The notes below the pieces were generated by a model. The model made no database searches. It saw only the letters and a list, made by a program, of their open reading frames with translations, and was not told the origin of the DNA. 64,000 bases of DNA. Source: Cenarchaeum sp. Lineage in GTDB: Archaea; Thermoproteota; Nitrososphaeria; Nitrososphaerales; Nitrosopumilaceae. Where the stretch lies: NCBI GenBank assembly GCA_965242695.1, contig CBDESU010000002.1, forward strand, positions 960,001 to 1,024,000, read 5' to 3'. This document shows positions 57,221 to 64,000 of the stretch, piece after piece. The position numbers were made by a program, and so were the translations under genes. Every line of letters starts with the position of its first letter. Positions within the stretch are counted from its first letter, which is position 1.

Positions 57221-57864
57221 CCTGCCCGCGCCGGCGACGACTCTGCCTTTTCGGCGCCTGCGTCCAGCTTTCCGCACCCGCACCCGCGGCCTGACTCTAC
57301 GTACCGGGCGGCATCCTCGGACTCCGCCTTGCCAGACATAGAACCTTTCCCCGCAGGCGGCGCAGAGCAGCACGACCCTGACCCGCGCTCGATGCCGCGC
57401 GCCACCCAGTACACGGAAAACAAGAGGACGCCGGCCGAGAGGATCTTTAGCTCCAGCCCCTGCATCGGGAACACCGAGAGGCCGCCGACGGCGCCGAGGA
57501 TGACGGCCAGGGGGGCCGTGCAGGCGGGGCATCCGGGCGTGAACGCGGCGGCGGCCCCGCCGAGGACGGTCGTCGCAGACGACGACGACTGGCTGGCCCG
57601 CCGTCGCCCAGCCCTTGCCGCGCCGATCCTGTACGCGATGAGGGCAAAGTTGATGCCGGCCAGGGCCGAGACGGCGGCGGTCAGGCCGAGCGAGGCGGCC
57701 AGGTGCGCCGGGGCCAGGCCGGCGGCCGCCCCGAGGTGCGATGCAAGCATGGACATGGTGAGAAAGTAGTATGCGATGCCCGTTCCGGCGGCGCCGGCCG
57801 CCGCCACGGCCGCGTACCTTCTCGTCGACAGCACCTGCGCGACCACGCCGACCTTGCCGTTCAC
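57217..57864 (-). CDS. Membrane protein with GCPAC motif (possible heavy-metal transport)
   Basis: Four hydrophobic segments; PGCPACTAPL; C-terminal CC and CGC. Confidence 0.7.
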   Translation of the reverse strand: MNGKVGVVAQVLSTRRYAAVAAAGAAGTGIAYYFLTMSMLASHLGAAAGLAPAHLAASLGLTAAVSALAGINFALIAYRIGAARAGRRRASQSSSSATTVLGGAAAAFTPGCPACTAPLAVILGAVGGLSVFPMQGLELKILSAGVLLFSVYWVARGIERGSGSCCSAPPAGKGSMSGKAESEDAARYVESGRGCGCGKLDAGAEKAESSPARAG

Positions 57865-58320
57865 GGCACTGCCTGCGGCCGCCCGTATTTTAACTGTGGC
57901 CGCGCGGGCAGGAGGCCGTTGGCGGCGGGCCCCGGTTCCCCCACCGGGCAGCGGAACCTGCCGCCACTATTCGCGGGGTGGATTCCTTAGCCCGCCCGCC
58001 TGTCGCACGGCCAGAGCATGGCCTCGATTGTGCCCTACCGCTGGACATGGCACATTGTTCGCACTTGCTGTGCAGCTGCCGCGGCTCGCCGGCCCGATTT
58101 ACGCACCGCCCGCGCGCCGCTGACACGTACTGGCCGCCCGCCGCCTTCCGGGCGCAATTCCAGAACGGAGACGCAGTCCTGACATGTCCTTGGCGGCAGG
58201 GCCATTCCTGTCGGCCCTGGAAGCGACCACTGTGCCGAGACCAGCAGACGCGCCCCTATCCCCAGCAGACGGGTCGCCGCCTCGATACGCTTTATAATGG
58301 GGGATGAACGCCGCCGAGCG

Positions 58321-58908
58321 ATGGACAGGTACGACCTAATAGTCTCGATGTTGCACGCCAACGGCGGTGTCATCAAGGACAGAACCGTGGTCCAAAAAAT
58401 CGCGTACTTTGCAAATCTCCGACTGGACATTGATGGCATCACCTACAGGGACTATTTCTACGGGCCGTTCAGCAGGGAGGTGGCACTCGGACTAGAGCTT
58501 CTTGCCTCGTCGCTCTTCATCAGGGAGACGGTGAGGAAGACGTCGATCGAGGAGTACACGTACGAACTGACCGGGGACGGCACGGATCTGGCAGCCGAGA
58601 TTGTGGAGGAGAGCCCACGGGAGCATAGCACAGTAGTGTCAGTCTTGGCCACATGCAAAGAGCACTGCTCTCTCCATGCCCGGCCGCTGTCGTGCGCCGC
58701 CAAGATCCACTTCATGCATAAGAACGAGCCGGGGCGCGCGTCATCGCAGTCGGAGATGCGAAAAATGGCGCTGGACTTTGGCTGGAACATGACCGGCCAG
58801 GAGATCGACAGCGGCATGGATCTGCTGCGCGCGCTTGAGGGAACGGGGGCCGCCGCATGGCGGGGCAGCTCGCTCACATGCGGGATTCCCTGTGTGGCCT
58901 TGACCTGA
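58321..58908 (+). CDS. YwgA/DUF4065-like wHTH protein
   Basis: TTTATAA at 58291; RT.VQKIAYF, Y..YFYGPFS.EV, Y.LT..G. Confidence 0.7.
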   Translation: MDRYDLIVSMLHANGGVIKDRTVVQKIAYFANLRLDIDGITYRDYFYGPFSREVALGLELLASSLFIRETVRKTSIEEYTYELTGDGTDLAAEIVEESPREHSTVVSVLATCKEHCSLHARPLSCAAKIHFMHKNEPGRASSQSEMRKMALDFGWNMTGQEIDSGMDLLRALEGTGAAAWRGSSLTCGIPCVALT

Positions 58909-59060
58909 CAGGCGACGAGACCCGCGCAGTCGATGCGGAGGCGTACCGGCGCCTCCGAAGGACAACGCAGCTGTCCAACGCGTGCCTGGTGTACCCCGCA
59001 GCAGTGCACGGCAGGATCGAGCATGCGCTTGGCGCGGCGGATGCGGCGGGCCTCCCTACC
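58857..59060 (+). pseudogene. Truncated HD-domain phosphohydrolase (YwfO/SAMHD1-like N-terminus)
   Basis: RD.LCG..LT.DE...VD..AYRRLRR.TQL..A.LVYP.A.H.R.EHALG matches the family start; the sequence decays before the HD motif. Confidence 0.7.
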
Positions 59061-59382
59061 CGCTCGTCCTCTGCATTGCGCCGCGCACGCCCTCCAGAAA
59101 GGCGGTCCTTGCCAGCCCCTCCATCTCGCGGTGGTGCTCGGCCGTGCCGTCGCCGGCGCCGCCTAGGTCTAGGCGCCCCGAGACGTCAAGGAACGACGAG
59201 GCGACAAGGGTTCGCAGGTCGCGCGCCGCCTCGGGCATGGCATCTTGGCGCTGCGCTAGCGCGCGCAGGCCGCCAATGATGTTCTTTTGCTGCTCGGCGA
59301 TGATGCGAAGCAGCTCGGTCTGGGCCTTTAGCTCTTCCAGCACGGGATCCTCGGGGGAGGGAAGCTGCTTCCTGCCTAGCAC
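59056..59382 (-). CDS. Hypothetical coiled-coil protein
   Basis: TTTTA box upstream; helical composition. Confidence 0.5.
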   Translation of the reverse strand: MLGRKQLPSPEDPVLEELKAQTELLRIIAEQQKNIIGGLRALAQRQDAMPEAARDLRTLVASSFLDVSGRLDLGGAGDGTAEHHREMEGLARTAFLEGVRGAMQRTSG

Positions 59383-59826
59383 GCAGGGGGGCGCCGGCCG
59401 GCCCTAAAATACCCTTTCGGCCCTACGCCGCGGCACCATCCGCTGTGCCGGACTGCCGGGCCGCCCCGTCTGCCTCCTCGCATTCCCTTGGACGCCGTCT
59501 AGGGCGGACTAGGCAACTTTCCCTTGGTGGCCGCCTCAGCTAGGGCTCCGTTGGCGATGCCTGCTTGGGCATTGTTGCAGGGAACTATCCTGCATCCCTT
59601 GGGACCACGACCCGCCCCGACAGACCCGCACCCGTGCACTGCTCCGCCGTGTTGGACCGCCCCCGCCGGATCACCCGGACGGGTTTTTGTAGCCAATCCA
59701 CTGACGGCCGTTCGGCGCCGGCAATGCCCGGGACACTGCTGGTTGCCTAGGCCCGCTAGGGTCTGCCCCTGCGCGCCGGCCGTCACGGCCTTGCTTGCCC
59801 CCGCTATAGACCCGAGCATAAGTTTC

Positions 59827-59877
59827 TGACCCTTTTGCGTGCATCGATTAGGCGTCGATGTAGCAAAAAGGGGGTCA
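59827..59877. other. Imperfect inverted repeat/hairpin
   Basis: TGACCCTTTTGCGTGCATCGA-TTAGGCG-TCGATGTAGCAAAAAGGGGGTCA. Confidence 0.6.
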
Positions 59878-59993
59878 AGAACATGCGCTCGTGACTATAG
59901 GGCCCGCGCCGCCGTCCATTGGATCGGGCCCTTGGGGCTTGATCCGCACCCCGCCGCCGCTCGTTTATAACCGCGCATTTGGAATAGTGGACG

Positions 59994-60725
59994 ATGCATG
60001 CGCTAAAGGTTGCGTGGATTGCCGCCGCCTGCGTTGTGGGCGCCTCTGTTGCCCTGGTTGCGATTGCCCTCGCTGTGGCCTCGGTGCAGGAGGATGCGCC
60101 GGATGCAGAGCGGGCAACGGAGGCCGCCGAACGGGCAGAGGCCGCCGAACGGGTGGCTGCCATTGTCGCCGCGGCAACCGAATCTGCGCCGCCGGCCGAG
60201 CGGGAAACGGCCGAGCGGGCGGCCGAGGCCGCCGAGCGGGCGGCCGCTCAGTATCGAGCGAAGGCGGCAGCTGCCGAGCGGGCCGCCGCGTGGTCCGTTG
60301 GGGATGTGCATGTGCGTGCCGCCGCCGCGCATGTTCTGTCGGAAAAGGCCGCCGAGCGGGCCGCCGCGAACACGTTGCGGGCGGATGCGGCCCGGCAGGC
60401 GGCCGAGGCGGCCGGCGCGTGGACTGCGGGAAGGGTTGCCGAGTCTATGCGGTCGTCCGGCGAGGCCCAGCGTTGGATAGAGGCGCTTGGTGAATGGACA
60501 GCCGCAGCCGTCAGCGAGGATTTTGCGTCCAGCCAGTGGTCTACGGCGGCTAGCTTTTTTACGGATGGGCATGAACGGGTGGGGGTGAGAGCGGCCGAGG
60601 ATGCTATTGGTTATGAGTTGCAAGCGGCGGATCAGGTTGCAGCGGCCGAGGCGGCCGAGCGGGCGGCCGAACAGATGGCGCCGGCGACGGCAGAGCATAG
60701 GCGGGCGGCGGAAGCCGAGCCGTGA
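59994..60725 (+). CDS. Membrane-anchored Ala/Glu-rich helical repeat protein
   Basis: TTTATAA at about 59964; N-terminal TM; repeated AAERAAEAAER. Confidence 0.6.
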   Translation: MHALKVAWIAAACVVGASVALVAIALAVASVQEDAPDAERATEAAERAEAAERVAAIVAAATESAPPAERETAERAAEAAERAAAQYRAKAAAAERAAAWSVGDVHVRAAAAHVLSEKAAERAAANTLRADAARQAAEAAGAWTAGRVAESMRSSGEAQRWIEALGEWTAAAVSEDFASSQWSTAASFFTDGHERVGVRAAEDAIGYELQAADQVAAAEAAERAAEQMAPATAEHRRAAEAEP

Positions 60726-61066
60726 GGTGGCCTACGTGCATCTTGCATACTGTTCGGCATCCCCGTCCGTTCTGCCCCGATGGCCACCTGGGGTCGCTCT
60801 TTTGGCCCGTTGGCACACGCTCTGCCGTTCACCGTTAGGACCCCGCCTTGGCAGGGCTCAACGGGCCTTGTCCTGCCAGCACCCCCGCACCACATACGAC
60901 GTACATGGCTCAGTGCAGGCAGTAGCCGTAGCCGGGCCGCGGCGCGCAGCTGGTCTACGCCTGTCCGTCTAATGCCCGCCGTACGCCATGTGCACCCCCT
61001 GTCGGCCTGCGCCGTAGCCGCCCGACTCCGGCAAATTCTTTAATACAACTCGGCGGACGCCCGTCC

Positions 61067-61561
61067 ATGAACCCATTGGCAGGAGCCGCTGCAACGCTCG
61101 GCATCGCCGCCGCGATAGTGGCCGTGGCAACCGTGTCCGCGGATGCCTCCCTCCCGCAGGCGTACGCCCACCCCCACCCCGCCGAGGTGCTGCCTGCCTC
61201 GTCAGACGCCGCCGCCGCGCACGAGCCGCACACCGAGACGACGGCCCTGTCGGCCGGAATCGGCCTAGAGCGGACGGCGCTCGCCTTCCACGCCCCCTCT
61301 TCCAACACCCTGCCGTGGGGGTTCGTCGAGGGGACGGTGGACAACCCCGTCCCGGGCCACCCCGTGATCATCCAGATGTACGCCGACGACGGATCGGCCG
61401 TCCACTTTGCCCAGGTCGGCGTCGCCGACGACGGCTCGTACGAGTACAAGTTCAGGGTGCGCAACGTCGGCCCCGACGGCTCGGCCACGCAGCTCTTCTC
61501 GGGCGACTACACGGTAGCCGTGTACAAGGTAGTCTACCTCTCTGACCATGCCCACGCATAG
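61067..61561 (+). CDS. Secreted thaumarchaeal-type hypothetical protein
   Basis: TTTAATA upstream; signal peptide AYA-HPH; LPWGFVEG...NPV..HPVIIQ, DGSYEYKFRV, GDY.V...KV. Confidence 0.8.
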   Translation: MNPLAGAAATLGIAAAIVAVATVSADASLPQAYAHPHPAEVLPASSDAAAAHEPHTETTALSAGIGLERTALAFHAPSSNTLPWGFVEGTVDNPVPGHPVIIQMYADDGSAVHFAQVGVADDGSYEYKFRVRNVGPDGSATQLFSGDYTVAVYKVVYLSDHAHA

Positions 61562-61587
61562 GGCAGTGTCTAGGCGATGCATCCCTG

Positions 61588-62478
61588 CTAGAACCCGCGC
61601 AGGCCCTCGGGCCTTGCGGTCTCGGGGTGCGCCTTCATCCACGCGATGCTCTCGAGCATAGAGGCCTTGTCGCGCGGGAACGTCCCCTTTACCATGAACG
61701 CGTTGGACCCGTGGTTGGCCCTGAACACCACGTCGTCGCCGACGTCTATCTGCCGTACGAGGTCCTCGAGCTCGCCGAGCGCCTCGGCGTCCGAGACTGG
61801 CTCGAACGACTCGCCGAACTTTGAGAGAAACTCGCCCCGTATGCCGTTCTCCAGGTACAGCGTCAGGGCGCCGACATAGTGCGGCGAGCACGCGCTAATG
61901 ACCCTTGCCGTCCCCGCGATGTGGTCGGCAGAGTGCGCCCTGCCGCCGAGCCCGAGTATGACCATGCACGACATCGTGTAGCCGGCGGCCTTGCCCTTGT
62001 TGACCGACTTTACGATGGTAGCCGCCACGGCGCCCTTTGTCACCTTCTTGAGTATGGTATCCGAGCCGCTCTCTATGCCGAGGTACAGCATGGACAGGCC
62101 GGCGGCGCGCATGGCCTCTAGCTCGGCCGGCGTCTTCTTTAGTATGTTCATCGGCATCGCGTAGCACGATATCCTCTCGACCGACGGGAGGCGCTCCCGA
62201 ATGTACGACGTGATGCGAACCATGCGGTCCGTCGAGATGTTGAGCGCATCGCCGTCGGCAAGGAAGACGCGCCTCGTACCGGGGGCGTGCCTTGCGACCA
62301 GGTCGATCTCGGCCCTCACCTCGTCCCACGGCCTCTCCGAGTACTCCTTTGACCTGTACATGTCGCAGAACGAGCACTCGTTGAACGAGCAGCCGAGCGT
62401 GACCTGAAATATGGTAGAGCGCGCCTCGGACGGCGGCCTGTACAGCGGGTGGTCGTAGGAAAGCATGGCCTCCGACAT
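61588..62478 (-). CDS. Radical SAM protein
   Basis: YRPPSEA, CSFNECSFC (CxxxCxxC), FLADGDA, LYLGIESG, FRANHGSN. Confidence 0.92.
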   Translation of the reverse strand: MSEAMLSYDHPLYRPPSEARSTIFQVTLGCSFNECSFCDMYRSKEYSERPWDEVRAEIDLVARHAPGTRRVFLADGDALNISTDRMVRITSYIRERLPSVERISCYAMPMNILKKTPAELEAMRAAGLSMLYLGIESGSDTILKKVTKGAVAATIVKSVNKGKAAGYTMSCMVILGLGGRAHSADHIAGTARVISACSPHYVGALTLYLENGIRGEFLSKFGESFEPVSDAEALGELEDLVRQIDVGDDVVFRANHGSNAFMVKGTFPRDKASMLESIAWMKAHPETARPEGLRGF

Positions 62479-62670
62479 GTCCCGCCGCCCGGGGCGGCGC
62501 CTTTTAACCCCTCCGGGGCCGCGCGGGCCTCTTGGGGAGGCGAGGGCGGAGGGGAGGAGGGGAGGGGCGCCGCCGCGAGCGCCTTGTCGCGCTAGGAATC
62601 GCGCGGGCCTCGAGACGCAGGGGCCGGGGAGCGATCCCAAGGCCGCCGTGCGCGGGGAGGCGGTGGGCTA

Positions 62671-62771
62671 GTGCGCCGGGGCAGAAACAGGGAGTTGCGG
62701 ACGCGCCGCGCGGGCGCCGTGCGCCGGGGCAGAAACAGGGAGTTGCGGACGCGCCGCGCGGGCGCCGTGCG
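62671..62771. repeat. 48-bp tandem repeat, about 2 copies
   Basis: GTGCGCCGGGGCAGAAACAGGGAGTTGCGGACGCGCCGCGCGGGCGCC at 62671 and 62719. Confidence 0.9.
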
Positions 62772-62892
62772 CAGGAAGGCGGCGGGCTGGTGCGCGGGGC
62801 GGGGCGTTGTAGCCCCCGCCGGCGCCGATCTCGCGCCCCCGCCCGCGCGCCGGATGCAAACCCTTATTGCGCCCCCGCCGGCCGCCCCCGCC

Positions 62893-63495
62893 ATGGCACT
62901 AGTGCAGGCCCTGCCCTACCGCCTTCAGCGCCGGCCGACCATGCCGCGCGAGCAACGCCTGGCCATGATCGCCATGAAGGCACGCCCCGAGATGCTCCCT
63001 CCGCTCGCCCGCTTTGTAAAGTACTTGGCGTCAAAGGGGCTCGTAGAGTTCGGCCCGCCGCTTGCGAGCGGCAGAAAGGGCCTCGTCGTCGTCGACAGGG
63101 TGCAGCAGTGCGCCTTTCTTGCACTGTACTTTGGCCTAGACATGGGCTTCGAGTTCGGCTCGTACAGCAACGGGCCGGTCTCGGACGAGATGGCAGACGG
63201 GGTATACAGGCTGTCCCTGGAGGACAAGGCCGTGTACGACGCGGTCGAGGCGTCGGTGCCGTCAATGCCGGGCCCGTTCAGGGAGGAAGAGTTCCTAGAC
63301 CTAGTCTCGGGCAGAAGCCCGGTCTGGCTGTGCGCGGCGGCCACGATGCTCGATATAAACATAGACTACAGGGAGGACTTGGACATGGTGAAGAGAAGGA
63401 CCGCGTCAATATTAGTGTACACCCCGGGCGCCCCCGCCGTCATCGACGACGTGTTCAACGAGCTCCAAAGACGGGCCATGTTTCGGCTGGATTGA
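62893..63495 (+). CDS. Divergent YwgA-like protein
   Basis: RVQQCAFLA...G....FEF..Y.NGPVS.EMA..VY and WL.AAAT resemble the LQK..FL..Y.F..Y..GPYS..L motif. Confidence 0.55.
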   Translation: MALVQALPYRLQRRPTMPREQRLAMIAMKARPEMLPPLARFVKYLASKGLVEFGPPLASGRKGLVVVDRVQQCAFLALYFGLDMGFEFGSYSNGPVSDEMADGVYRLSLEDKAVYDAVEASVPSMPGPFREEEFLDLVSGRSPVWLCAAATMLDINIDYREDLDMVKRRTASILVYTPGAPAVIDDVFNELQRRAMFRLD

Positions 63496-63964
63496 CGATC
63501 TTAAGCTCCGTGTTGCGCAATCCCTGCGCCCTTGCCGTTTCTTCGTATAGTTCTATTGCGGGGTTCTTGACAAGCTTGCTGTCCCTTGTTATGAGATATG
63601 CGGAGTTGGGGTCGGCGACGGCGTGCGCGGTCATGACCGTGTCCGTCGTGTCGAGGTTGGGCGACGCTACGGCCAGCTCCTGCGCGGTGGCGAGCACCCT
63701 CGGGCTCAGGGGCGGCATGCACCTGCCGGGATCGATCCTGCTGTCGTACACCAGCTTGAACATGCCGAGGAGCATGCTCAAGGCATCGGGCCCGTCCCGC
63801 AGTATGACGGCGGCCGCCTCGCCTAGCGCCGTCTGCGAGGCGACGAGCGAGTACGGATGCTGGTTGCCCAGCCGCAGTATCTCCGTCACGAGATTGGCAT
63901 ACCTGCCCCCGAAGAGGACCTCCATGATCGCCCATGTGTCAAGGTGCACGGTATACAGCGCCAT
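63455..63964 (-). CDS. PIN-domain (VapC-like) protein
   Basis: LDTWA, ALGE, LDTTD....A.A, LITRD acidic PIN residues; TTTAAA about 25 nt upstream. Confidence 0.75.
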   Translation of the reverse strand: MALYTVHLDTWAIMEVLFGGRYANLVTEILRLGNQHPYSLVASQTALGEAAAVILRDGPDALSMLLGMFKLVYDSRIDPGRCMPPLSPRVLATAQELAVASPNLDTTDTVMTAHAVADPNSAYLITRDSKLVKNPAIELYEETARAQGLRNTELKIVNPAETWPVFGAR

Positions 63965-64000
63965 GCCACGCAACCACCTGCCCGTCCATTTAAACTTGGC

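Overview
High-GC archaeal chromosomal segment. Gene content and signatures (TFE, rps19e, Nep1, Trm56, NAC, GTP cyclohydrolase III, TATA-box promoters, surface proteins ending in a VPxW..WW..G..SD.EF motif) point to a Thaumarchaeota/Nitrosopumilaceae genome, possibly a Cenarchaeum-like host-associated lineage (inference). Core blocks are thiolase/DUF35, class II ribonucleotide reductase, Nep1-tRNA-Gly-rps19e-PDCD5, a six-gene riboflavin cluster, TFE/ParB-like, Trm56-HflX-PhoU and PUA-NAC. Accessory blocks are a secreted-protein cluster around a two-component system (0.4-9.7 kb), divergent CAP genes plus an IS630 and a 2H/metallophosphoesterase fusion (18-24 kb), two orphan DNA methyltransferases, and decaying DUF3037, YwgA-HD and PIN modules. 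The best leads are: (1) a wHTH-ATP-cone-catalytically dead NrdD fusion directly upstream of nrdJ, with a GGTCA-N8-TGACC palindrome in the nrdJ promoter, a candidate archaeal nucleotide-sensing RNR regulator; (2) a solitary, promoter-bearing HK97-like capsid gene with no other virion genes; (3) two paralogous secreted precursors, each followed by membrane-anchored partner genes, in a toxin/immunity-like layout; (4) tandem TACC.G-N4-C.GGTA operators upstream of ribB and a deaminase-type amidohydrolase inside the riboflavin operon. All family calls come from manual motif recognition; no database searches were run.
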